Source: Archangium sp. (GTDB taxonomy: Bacteria > Myxococcota > Myxococcia > Myxococcales > Myxococcaceae). Taken from it: 35,367 nucleotides of DNA. Below the pieces are notes generated by a model, which had not been told where the DNA came from, made no database searches, and saw only the letters and a list, made by a program, of their open reading frames with translations. This document shows positions 7,515 to 17,910 of the stretch, one piece after another. The position numbers and the translations under genes are program-made. Numbering within the stretch: position 1 is the first letter of the stretch; the number at the start of each line of letters is the position of its first letter. The stretch spans positions 1 to 35,367 of the forward strand of contig JANLPS010000147.1 in NCBI GenBank assembly GCA_031367385.1. The letters run 5' to 3'.

Positions 7515-10500
7515 ATGTCGACCATCAACGTCAAGCCGGGTGTTCAGTTTCAGCCGCAACTCTACGCGCAGCCTGAGCCGAAAGAGTGGCTCGAGGCGGT
7601 CGGCAAACAGCTCGAGACGATGGGCGTCTCCCTGATGATCGACGATGCGGCCATGGGCAAGGTCACCGTCAGAAACAGCGCTGAGCTCCAAGCGGCGTTC
7701 ACCGCCCTGCAAGCCGCGTCGACGACGGCCGAGGCCAAGGCGTACATCAGCGATTTGTTCGAGGCGCTCGACGACGTGGTCAAGGGCGACGCGAAGACCG
7801 TGACTGGCGACAGCTTCGACTTCTCGGCCCAGAGCAATGCCTCGAAGGCGCTCGGGTTGGGTGACGGCGTCGCTGGCAACTACGCGGGGCCAGACAGCGA
7901 GTTCGGCAAGGCCGCGATCAGCAAGCCGCAGAGAACGATGGTGATCGACGCGAACACGTTTCAAGTCGTCGCCGGCCCGCTCGACAGCATCAACCACATG
8001 AGCACCGAGACCCTCAAGGGGGCCAAGGTCGCCTACGGCCGCGACGGTGAAGAGGTCGAAGACACCCGCGTCGTCACCGGGCTCACGACCGAACAGACGG
8101 TGCAGCTGGCGATCAACTCGCTCGACGACTTGCAGCGCTCCAAGGCCTCGGTTGGCCAGACGGTCGGCGTGGTGCCGCTCGATGAAATGACGTGGGACAG
8201 TGAGTCGCATGCCTTGCGCCGCGCCAACCCCTATGTGTCTTTCTCGCTCGACAGCCGCAGCCTCGAGCTGAACCCGAACACGGGGCAACCCCGCGTCGGC
8301 GTCGGCCGCGACTTCTTCTTCGACTCGTTCATGGCGAAGAAAGATCTGAGCACCGGGGCTCTGAACAAACAGCTTCAAGACGCCGACCTGATGTTCAGAA
8401 CCCGCATTCGCTACGGCAGCGACAAAGACCCGTTCACCGAGACGCGGGTGTTGGTCGGCATGAAGCAGGGCACGTCGATCGACTCAGACGGTACCAAGCA
8501 CGCTCGCAAGATCGACAACCGTACCGACAGCGCGAATCAGAAGGTGTTCGACACGCTCACCCAGACCGCGCAGACCGGCGTCATCGACGCCTCGTGGGGG
8601 TGGTCGGGCTCGGGCCAAGTCGCTCCGGCGGCCGAGGCGATGTACCGGGTGGCCCTGCAGAAGGGCATCACCGACGACGTTGGTGGAGAAACCGGCGTGC
8701 TGGCGATGGAGCCCGGCGCCGTCGCTCGGCAGATTCGCGGTCGCTATCACCTCAATGAGACCGATCAGTCGTCGCTCCTCCAGGCCTTCAGCGAGGCCGG
8801 AGAGCCGAAGATCAAAGAGCTCGCTGCGTTGATCTCAGCGGCTCCAGATTGGGCGGCGTCGGGTTCTTCGCTGTCGAAGGCCGATCTACTGGCACAGGCC
8901 AACGCCTTGCTCGATCGCAGCGCCATCGTCAGCGCGGCCGCCGCGGGTATCGAGAAGATCGCGCCCGGTACCACGGTCGACAAGAAGCTCATCGACTCGC
9001 TCTGGCCCGACCAACCGGTCACCACCCGTGAACAGGCCAAGCTGCAGCGCGCGGTCGTCGACGCGATTCGCACGCAGTTCGACGCGTTCTCGCAGAACGT
9101 CGATGACCTGCAGCGCAACATCGGCGGGAGCACCTCGAAGTCGGTTCGCGAGGCTGGCAACGCCACCGACGTACGTGACTTCTTGAGGCAAAAATCGGCG
9201 GTCTCGCGCTTCATGGCCGGTGCGCTGGCGAACCCAGAGAGCAAGGTCGACGCGGCCAAGCCCGAGACCTTCGTCGCCTACGCGAAGAAGATCATCGCGA
9301 TGACTGACGCGAAGGAGCGCGCCAAGCTGCTGCAAGGGCTCAGCCTCGGGCTCGATCAGCTCGGCGCGATGAACGAAGACGCGTTCACATCGGCGGTGAA
9401 GATCGACGGCGGGCTCGGCAAAAAGCAGACCTATGACGCGTACTTGGCGGCCTTCGATGCGCAATCGACTGGCGCCAACAAAGACGTGTTCACTGCCGAG
9501 TTGGGCGCGTATCTCGCGGCCAAGAAGAGCCCCGCGCTCTCGACCGCGGCGAACAAAGAGAAGGTCATCGGTGACCTGCGCAAGAACCTGCTGACCGCGC
9601 ACGCCGAAGTGCTGCATCGCCAGGTCGAAGGCGCCGGCGCATGGGGCCAGGGCACCTGGTTCAACAACTACCGGGAGAAGATGTTGAACATCAACCCCCA
9701 GGGGTGGAACTTCATCATCGGGTCGATGGACTACACCGAGTTCTACGACGCGAAGACCGGTGGAGCGCTGACCTTCCCCGAGCGCGTGAGCCGCAAGCCG
9801 CTCGACCCCGCGAAGATGACCGGCGCGATGATCTCGAACGACGTGCAGATCGAGCTCGAAGCCGAAGAGGGCTACACCGGTGCGATTCGCCGCGCGCAGT
9901 ACAGCCTCAATGGTGCCGGAGCGGGCCTGGCGATGGATTACGCGCTCGCCAAGGGCATCACCTCAGTGACCGCGGGCGACGCCGCCGGGTTCGAGAAGTG
10001 GTTCGCCGAGCAAGCTGCGCTGCCGACTGACAAGCGCGAAGCGTTCGTCAATGACGTCAATGCGTTCGCGAAGTCGAAGGGCTCCCCCATCGACATGGCC
10101 AAGGTGATCAACTCGCTGGCCGAGCAAGAGAAGTCGATCGGTGTCTTGGCGGGCTTCGCGAAGGTGTCGAACCCGACGTTGAACTCGGGCGATCGCAAGG
10201 CGCTCGAGGAGTGGTACCGCACCCAGGCCTCGCTGCCCGAAGAGAAGCTCAACGACTTCTTGACCCAGGTGGCGCAGTACGCGGCGGCGCAGAAGAGCGA
10301 GATTCCGCTTTCTCCGAACTTGCTGCGCACGCTCGACTTCAAGCCCTTCGCCGGCACCAACGTGGGCCAAGACGTGACGAAGCACGCGGTCTTGGTCGAG
10401 GACTACAACGTCTCGAACGAGGTCTGGTCGATGGTCAAGCAGTCACAGCGCGACCTGTCGAACGCGCGCGGTGGCGACGTGCAGCGGGTGCTCAAGCTCA

Positions 10501-10577
10501 ACAACATCAAGGGCGCCAAGTGGGAGCCGCCCACCAAGGCCAAGGGCGACTACGCCATCGACCTCGCTCTTCCTTAA
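7515..10577 (+). CDS. Large hypothetical protein (~1020 aa) with a split CYTH/VTC-like domain and helical repeats
   Basis: Long ORF with GC-rich third positions like its neighbours. Start is likely MSTINVK at 7515. Motifs in order: EVE, FFDSFM, FRTRIRY, GMKQG, RKIDNR, MEPGAVARQIRGRYHL, IIGSMDY, VQIELE, TKAKGDY. The CDS is secure but the function is inferred. Confidence 0.75.
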   Translation: MSTINVKPGVQFQPQLYAQPEPKEWLEAVGKQLETMGVSLMIDDAAMGKVTVRNSAELQAAFTALQAASTTAEAKAYISDLFEALDDVVKGDAKTVTGDSFDFSAQSNASKALGLGDGVAGNYAGPDSEFGKAAISKPQRTMVIDANTFQVVAGPLDSINHMSTETLKGAKVAYGRDGEEVEDTRVVTGLTTEQTVQLAINSLDDLQRSKASVGQTVGVVPLDEMTWDSESHALRRANPYVSFSLDSRSLELNPNTGQPRVGVGRDFFFDSFMAKKDLSTGALNKQLQDADLMFRTRIRYGSDKDPFTETRVLVGMKQGTSIDSDGTKHARKIDNRTDSANQKVFDTLTQTAQTGVIDASWGWSGSGQVAPAAEAMYRVALQKGITDDVGGETGVLAMEPGAVARQIRGRYHLNETDQSSLLQAFSEAGEPKIKELAALISAAPDWAASGSSLSKADLLAQANALLDRSAIVSAAAAGIEKIAPGTTVDKKLIDSLWPDQPVTTREQAKLQRAVVDAIRTQFDAFSQNVDDLQRNIGGSTSKSVREAGNATDVRDFLRQKSAVSRFMAGALANPESKVDAAKPETFVAYAKKIIAMTDAKERAKLLQGLSLGLDQLGAMNEDAFTSAVKIDGGLGKKQTYDAYLAAFDAQSTGANKDVFTAELGAYLAAKKSPALSTAANKEKVIGDLRKNLLTAHAEVLHRQVEGAGAWGQGTWFNNYREKMLNINPQGWNFIIGSMDYTEFYDAKTGGALTFPERVSRKPLDPAKMTGAMISNDVQIELEAEEGYTGAIRRAQYSLNGAGAGLAMDYALAKGITSVTAGDAAGFEKWFAEQAALPTDKREAFVNDVNAFAKSKGSPIDMAKVINSLAEQEKSIGVLAGFAKVSNPTLNSGDRKALEEWYRTQASLPEEKLNDFLTQVAQYAAAQKSEIPLSPNLLRTLDFKPFAGTNVGQDVTKHAVLVEDYNVSNEVWSMVKQSQRDLSNARGGDVQRVLKLNNIKGAKWEPPTKAKGDYAIDLALP

Positions 10578-12097
10578 AGCCCGGCGACTTTGCTCGCCGC
10601 GCTGAGCTCCCAGGAGAATTTCACCTTCTGGGTGCCGTTGGGCGGCAGGGTCAGCTCGATGCGAGCGATGCCCTCTTTGCTCACCGGGCCCGGAGCGGGT
10701 GAGCAGTCTTTGGGCAGCAGCTGCACCTCGACGTCTTTGACCTCTGAGACGGGTACCCGCTCTTCGAGAATCACTTTGTGCGCGTGCCGGCTGGCGTTCG
10801 AGACGTGCAGGGTGATGAATTTCTTCGTGCTTTTGCGCCCGGTGAGCTTGGCCTCGTCGCGTTTCTCTTCGACGTCGCGGCTGACCTGAACCCCGTCTTC
10901 GCTGCCGAACGAGAGCTTTACGGTTTCTCCGGCTGCGGCGAAGGGCAGCTGGCCCCGCCCGACGAAGCCGTCGTTGCGAATGAGATCGACCGGGCCGGCG
11001 AGCAAGACTTGACCACTGGTGTTGCCGAAGCGCGCGATGGTCGAAACCACGTTCGTCAGCTCGGCCGGGCACACCCGCTCGATTTGGGCAGGCGCGGTGA
11101 AGCTAGACAAGGCCACCCGGTGTGGCTGGCCATCACTGGGCACGGTGCGCTTGCCGGGGGCTTGAAGCAACCGGGCTTCGCCTCCGTCATCGAGGCCCGG
11201 CAGCTCGGGAGTCGCGCCGCCTTCGCCAGCGGTTTGAATGACCTCTTCGCGAATCGACACATCGATGACCCGCTTCTCTTCTGCAGCCTTGGGGCGCGTG
11301 TGCAGCCGATCTTCCACGAGGGTCGGGGGCGTGGTGCCCAGGGTCGGCCGCGCGGTCGAGAAGGCGAGCTCGACCTGGTGCCACGCTTCGCCGGTGCGCT
11401 GCCAGACCACCGCTTCGGCCTCGAGCAACACCGAGTCGCCGCGCAATGACGCGCGGTAGGCAGGCCTCCACACCGCGCACGGCACCAGGTAGCTGACCCG
11501 TGCCTCGACCTGGCCAGGGCTCGGCGCGTCGACGGTGATGGTCAAGAAGCACTCGAAGTCGGTCTCCTTCGCTTCAGACGCCGACACCGCGCGGCGGGCC
11601 TCGGTGAGCAGGGCCTGGCTCTGGGCATGGGCTTGCTCGGCTTCGCGAAGCTCGAGGTTCGCTTGGGCCTGGCGGCTGTCGAGCACGTCGAGCTGGGTGG
11701 CCCAGACGGCGATCTCGGCACGGCCCACCGCGGTGAGCTCGGCCATCGCTCGCAGCAGGTCGGCGCGGGTCTGTGAGAGCAGCAAGACGCGCGCGGTCAA
11801 TCGGGTGACGACGTCATGGTCGGCGGTGACCGTGTCGGTGAGCTCTTCGACCCGCAACCGCAGGGCCGAGGCGTCGACCGGCACTCCGCCAGCGGGCTTT
11901 TCACGCCAGCGCCGGGTGAGCCTCGAGTCAATCATCTTCGCGCCCTGCACCTCGACTTTGAGCGAGCGATCGACGGCGACCAGCGGCAAGCCATGAACCT
12001 CGAAGGTGGTCAGCCCCGCCTTGGCGGCGACGAGGGTGCCCTTGCGCTCGACCTGGGCGCGGTCTTCCATCACGACGACGCGGGTGACTGGGAGCAT
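10574..12097 (-). CDS. DUF4140/DUF4139 (mucoidy inhibitor MuiA-like) family protein
   Basis: VTRVVVMEDRAQVER N-terminus, coiled coil, SYLV..AVWRPAY, VWQRTGEAW..LAFSTARP, TVPSDG, LLAGP. GGAGGAG SD. Convergent 4-nt overlap (TTAA) with the gene on its left. Confidence 0.85.
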   Translation of the reverse strand: MLPVTRVVVMEDRAQVERKGTLVAAKAGLTTFEVHGLPLVAVDRSLKVEVQGAKMIDSRLTRRWREKPAGGVPVDASALRLRVEELTDTVTADHDVVTRLTARVLLLSQTRADLLRAMAELTAVGRAEIAVWATQLDVLDSRQAQANLELREAEQAHAQSQALLTEARRAVSASEAKETDFECFLTITVDAPSPGQVEARVSYLVPCAVWRPAYRASLRGDSVLLEAEAVVWQRTGEAWHQVELAFSTARPTLGTTPPTLVEDRLHTRPKAAEEKRVIDVSIREEVIQTAGEGGATPELPGLDDGGEARLLQAPGKRTVPSDGQPHRVALSSFTAPAQIERVCPAELTNVVSTIARFGNTSGQVLLAGPVDLIRNDGFVGRGQLPFAAAGETVKLSFGSEDGVQVSRDVEEKRDEAKLTGRKSTKKFITLHVSNASRHAHKVILEERVPVSEVKDVEVQLLPKDCSPAPGPVSKEGIARIELTLPPNGTQKVKFSWELSAASKVAGL

Positions 12098-12098
12098 G

Positions 12099-14252
12099 TC
12101 AGCTCCTCCTGTTGCCGCCGACCAACATGCGGTCAGCGGGGATTCGAACGGTGAACTGCGCTTTGAGCGTCGTGCTCTGGCCGGGCGGCACGGTGATCAC
12201 CCAGCGCCGCGCGCCGTTGGTGACGACGCCGTCGATGGGCTGTTCGAGCTTCTCCCACGGGGGTGAGACGTTCGATTCTTCGACCTTCACGTCTTTCTCG
12301 TTGGGGTCGGGCCAGGGCACCCGCTCGCGCACCTCGAGGTTGGCGGGGGCGGCCAGGCGGTTGCTCACCTCGATGCTCAGCTCGTGCGGCATCACCGCAG
12401 AACCGCCGAGAAAACCGCCAGTGGTCTCGGTGAATTGCGTCTTGCGAGCGACTTTAATCGCCTCTTCGACGCCGAGGCCGAGGCGCTCATTGTTCGCGCC
12501 GGGGGCGATGGCTGGCAGCGAGGTGGTCATCAAGAACTCGTCACCGGCCGAGACATCAACGGGCCCGGGGAGCAGCGCGTGCGGCGACGTATTGTGAATC
12601 GCCAGCGTTCGGTACACCTTGGGTTCGACCGACGGCACGCACACGTACTGCGGCGTGAGGCCGACCTGGCAGGTCATCACCGGCACCGTGACCCACTTGC
12701 CGCTCGAGGGCACGTCGAGGCGGGCCTGGCAGTCGTAGCGGTAGTCGAAATACTCGAGCGAATCGACGGTGCTCGCACCCGGTGGCAGCGGCAGGTACGT
12801 GACGTCGTTCGCTTTGCTGCGCGCGATGTTGACGACCTGCATCACCACGTCGACCTGCACCGAGACGCCCATCGCGAACGACATCGCCCACGGAGAGACG
12901 GGGGTGAGCCTGCCGCGAGACGTGCCGGCCTCGAGCGTTTCGGCCATCATCAGCAAGTCGTAGTCGCGCATATCATCGGCCAATTGCGTGGCGGCCCCAA
13001 CACCGCCGCCCCGTGCGTCTGGCAGCTGAAAGGAGCCGGTAGACTCGAGGTCTATGCCCTCTTCCATCGCGGCCTCTTTTTCGTATGAGGGTGCGGAGTC
13101 GGCGAGCGCGGAGAGATCGTCGATGCTCGAAATCTCGCCGAGGCGGGAGGCCTGCCCCCGTGGCGCAACGCTGCGCCTTCGAGCCATCTCCGGCGGAGAC
13201 GCGCCTCCAAAGCCCGCGGTCGGCGCCGGCATCGACGCGCTCACCATTGGCGCGGCGGCTTTCTTGGCCTTCATCGGTGCCGCCTGCGGCCTCATCACTG
13301 GGGGCGGCGGCGGGGCCACCGCGCGGGTCTCGGCGCGCTCAACGGCGGGCCGCATGGCATCGAAGGCTTCGAACAAGGCCTCGAGCCCCTGTGGGGGTTC
13401 ACGCCACCCTGATCTGGCCGGAGGCGGCTGCGCGCGACCGATTCGCAACGACTTGAGCTCGGGCAGATCGGTGCGGCGGGTCAACGACGCGGTCGACAGC
13501 GCCAGTGAAACGCCCGCCCAGTCTTCGCCAGTGTTTTGGGCAATCGAAGCGCGCATCGCGAGCACTCCGCCGCTGAAGCCTTTGCCCAATCGCAGCTGGT
13601 AGTTCGGAGCCCACCGTGCGCCCGGCACCTGGTACTCGACAGTTAGCTCGAAGGCCGTGCCGGTCGTGGGAGCCGAGAAGGTCACCACCGCTGCGCGAGT
13701 GACTTTCGCTCGCTCGGTGCGTACGGCGGTCGAGGCCTCCCCCAGCCGGCGATTGGCGAGGGTGAGCGCCTCTTGCGCGTCGGCGACTCGTTTTCGCAGC
13801 ACCCGGCGGGCCTTCAACCGCGTGACCAGCCGGCCTTCGACGAAATCGGCCAACGCCAGGGTGGCATCGACCGCGGCTTCGCGCGGCGGGTCACCCGGGT
13901 TGTGCTCGAGCGCCTGCGGCTGCAACGTCTGCAGCTCGTCGATGTCGTTTTCGAGCTGACGGAGCTCAGCGCTGAGCGCGTTGAAGCTCGCTTCAGCTGC
14001 CCGCACCGACTTCTGCTCGGCTGCCGCGTCGACCGCCTCTGAGAGCTCGACGTCGAAGGCCGCGCGCACATCGAGCACCCGCACTCCGGCTGACACCCTG
14101 GCCCGCAGGGAGCCCGGCAAGAGCGCCAGCGGCAACCCAACCACCCGGACCTGCTCGGGTATCGCCTGGTCGGCGCTCAGCTTGACCACCCGGGTGCAGA
14201 CCGCGCCCTCGCGGTAAATCGTTACGGTCTCAAGAGCAGAATGAAGGTTCAC
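12099..14252 (-). CDS. DUF4140/DUF4139 family protein (long paralog with a Pro/Ala-rich insert)
   Basis: VTIYREGAVCTR, coiled coil, YQVPGARWAPNY, QNTGEDWAGVSLALSTA, LLPGPVDV. GTG start with GGAG. Its stop lies 1 nt before the next gene's ATG. Confidence 0.85.
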   Translation of the reverse strand: MNLHSALETVTIYREGAVCTRVVKLSADQAIPEQVRVVGLPLALLPGSLRARVSAGVRVLDVRAAFDVELSEAVDAAAEQKSVRAAEASFNALSAELRQLENDIDELQTLQPQALEHNPGDPPREAAVDATLALADFVEGRLVTRLKARRVLRKRVADAQEALTLANRRLGEASTAVRTERAKVTRAAVVTFSAPTTGTAFELTVEYQVPGARWAPNYQLRLGKGFSGGVLAMRASIAQNTGEDWAGVSLALSTASLTRRTDLPELKSLRIGRAQPPPARSGWREPPQGLEALFEAFDAMRPAVERAETRAVAPPPPPVMRPQAAPMKAKKAAAPMVSASMPAPTAGFGGASPPEMARRRSVAPRGQASRLGEISSIDDLSALADSAPSYEKEAAMEEGIDLESTGSFQLPDARGGGVGAATQLADDMRDYDLLMMAETLEAGTSRGRLTPVSPWAMSFAMGVSVQVDVVMQVVNIARSKANDVTYLPLPPGASTVDSLEYFDYRYDCQARLDVPSSGKWVTVPVMTCQVGLTPQYVCVPSVEPKVYRTLAIHNTSPHALLPGPVDVSAGDEFLMTTSLPAIAPGANNERLGLGVEEAIKVARKTQFTETTGGFLGGSAVMPHELSIEVSNRLAAPANLEVRERVPWPDPNEKDVKVEESNVSPPWEKLEQPIDGVVTNGARRWVITVPPGQSTTLKAQFTVRIPADRMLVGGNRRS

Positions 14253-14289
14253 AGAGGCTCCAACGAGCGGGGTGCGAATTTGGTGACAC

Positions 14290-15954
<1,665 letters not shown>

Positions 15955-16014
15955 CGTGAGAGTCTCCTTGAAAAGTCGGCGGACTGTAGACCAGGCATCG
16001 GGTAGGAGCACTGC

Positions 16015-16239
16015 ATGTCGCGACAGCTGGCCATCGGCATTTTGGTCGGGTTCGCGGCGGCGATGGCGCTCATCTCGTGGGCTGCGAGGGGGCCAAAGCC
16101 TGAGGTGCATCAGTTCGATGCGGGGCACGAAGAAGCTGCAGCGACGCGCACCTTGCCGTACCTTCGCGGCGTGTCGACGCAGAGATTGACGATCGGGCCT
16201 CGGCCGTTCGGGCCTTTGGGCACCGACGGAGGCCTATGA
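16015..16239 (+). CDS. Small hypothetical membrane-anchored protein (74 aa)
   Basis: AGGAG SD, N-terminal hydrophobic helix [23 protein letters not shown] overlap with the next gene, divergent from hutU. Confidence 0.65.
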   Translation: MSRQLAIGILVGFAAAMALISWAARGPKPEVHQFDAGHEEAAATRTLPYLRGVSTQRLTIGPRPFGPLGTDGGL

Positions 16240-16640
16240 GACGTGCCACGCGATTGACCGCAGTGTTGATGCTCGCCGGGTGCGCCCACACGGCCGAGCC
16301 GGTGCCTCCCGTGATTGAGAAGCCGATCGTGTTGGCCGTGCTCTCGGACGCCGAGGCGCGCGCGGTGACCGAGCGGTTCGTGAATGCGGCCGAGCAACGC
16401 GACTTCGCCGCAGCGTTTTCAATGCTGTCTGGGCCGCTGCGGGAGCGGTACACGCCCGAGCGGCTTGGCCGTGACTTCGATGCCGAACCACTGGCCAAAG
16501 AGAGGCTGGCGAGAATTCGGGCTGCGCTTGGTGGGCCGTTCACGATGACCCCTCAGAAGGCCGTGCTGCCCCTGGGTGCTGAAAAAGCCTTCACGCTCGT
16601 GCACGACGGCAGCACCTGGCGGGTCGTGTCGCTCGAGTAG
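16236..16640 (+). CDS. Hypothetical lipoprotein (possibly NTF2-like fold)
   Basis: Basic N-region, hydrophobic core and LAG-C lipobox. The ARAVTERFVNAA..DFAAAFSMLS....LVHDGSTWRV pattern resembles NTF2-like small lipoproteins. Confidence 0.75.
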   Translation: MRRATRLTAVLMLAGCAHTAEPVPPVIEKPIVLAVLSDAEARAVTERFVNAAEQRDFAAAFSMLSGPLRERYTPERLGRDFDAEPLAKERLARIRAALGGPFTMTPQKAVLPLGAEKAFTLVHDGSTWRVVSLE

Positions 16641-16641
16641 C

Positions 16642-17781
16642 TCAGCTCTCTTTTTCGAGGGCCGCGATGATCATCGAGAGATCTTCTTCTTCTTCGACCA
16701 CCTCGACGTCTTCGGTTGGGCGCTTCGCTGGGGCGCGCGTCACCGGGGCCAGCTTCGGAGTCGCGAGTACGGGCTCCGCCTCCGCAGCGGCAGCGTGCAC
16801 GAAGTCAGTCTTGCGGTTGAGCCATTCGCCATAGCGCGCGAAGGTGTAGCTGCCGTCGGTGGCACCCGTCTCGATGGCGCTGCTCAGCTTGAAGAACTGC
16901 CCCGACCGAATCACCGCCTTCGTCGCGGTCGTCGCCATCAGAATTTCGCACTCGGGCACCAGCATCTTCTGCCCCTCGTGAAAGCGGAGCCGCTGCGCGA
17001 CGGCGCCGACGAGCACCTCGGCCAGCTGCGCACACATCGACGCCTGCACCTCGGGCGCAAAGGCACCGACCAAGCGTTGCATCGCCTCGACCGTGCTCGA
17101 AGAGTGCAGGGTGGCGAGCACCAGATGCCCGGTCTCGGCAGCGGCGAGGGTCAAGCGCATCACCTCGGGCTCACGGAGCTCTCCGACCATCAGCACGTCG
17201 GGGTCTTCACGGAGGGCGTCGATGAGGGCCTGCTCGAATGACGGCGTGTCGCGGCCCACCTCGCGCTGGCGAATGAATGATTTTCGGGGTGTGAGCGCGT
17301 ACTCGACGGGGCTCTCGACTGTGATGATGTGCCGGGCTTCGCGCAGGTTGATTTCCTGCAGCAACGCCGCGAGCGTCGACGTCTTGCCCGCGCCGGTGGG
17401 CCCGCAGACGAGCACCAGGCCGTGCGTGGGCACAACCAGCCGAGCGAGATCTGGGTGCAGGTTGAGAGTCTTGAGCGTCGCGTGTGAGCTGGCCAGGAGT
17501 CGAATCGCGAACCCGACCCCACGGCTACTTCGGAGAATGTTGAGGCGGCACCGCTGAGCGGCGAAGACGCGCGAAAGGTCGGCCGAGCCGCGATCGACGA
17601 ACGCGTTCCACTCGTCGCCGAGAATGTCGCGGGCCATCGCCGTGAGCACCGCCGGAGGGATCACCTCGGCGTGCTTTCGAAGCGCCCCCCGAACTCGAAA
17701 CGTTGCGGGCATGCCCCCCTCGAGGTGCACGTCGCTCGCGCCTTGCTCTTTGGCTGCCTGAATCAGTGATTCGATGCGCAT
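16642..17781 (-). CDS. pilT: PilT/PilU family type IV pilus retraction ATPase paralog
   Basis: ASDVHL, Walker A GPTGAGKT, Asp box ITVESPVEY, QREVG, ALREDPDVLMVGELR (Walker B), His box AETGHLVLATLH. Confidence 0.9.
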   Translation of the reverse strand: MRIESLIQAAKEQGASDVHLEGGMPATFRVRGALRKHAEVIPPAVLTAMARDILGDEWNAFVDRGSADLSRVFAAQRCRLNILRSSRGVGFAIRLLASSHATLKTLNLHPDLARLVVPTHGLVLVCGPTGAGKTSTLAALLQEINLREARHIITVESPVEYALTPRKSFIRQREVGRDTPSFEQALIDALREDPDVLMVGELREPEVMRLTLAAAETGHLVLATLHSSSTVEAMQRLVGAFAPEVQASMCAQLAEVLVGAVAQRLRFHEGQKMLVPECEILMATTATKAVIRSGQFFKLSSAIETGATDGSYTFARYGEWLNRKTDFVHAAAAEAEPVLATPKLAPVTRAPAKRPTEDVEVVEEEEDLSMIIAALEKES

Positions 17782-17910
17782 CGTCAGTAACCAAGCAGAA
17801 TGAGTACGGGTTTGCCGAGCAATTCAGCGGCCAGCGGTAACCGTCGAGAAGTCAGGTGTACGCCTGAGCTCACCGCGCCAGATTGTCGACGGCCACAGGC
17901 CCCGACGGCG

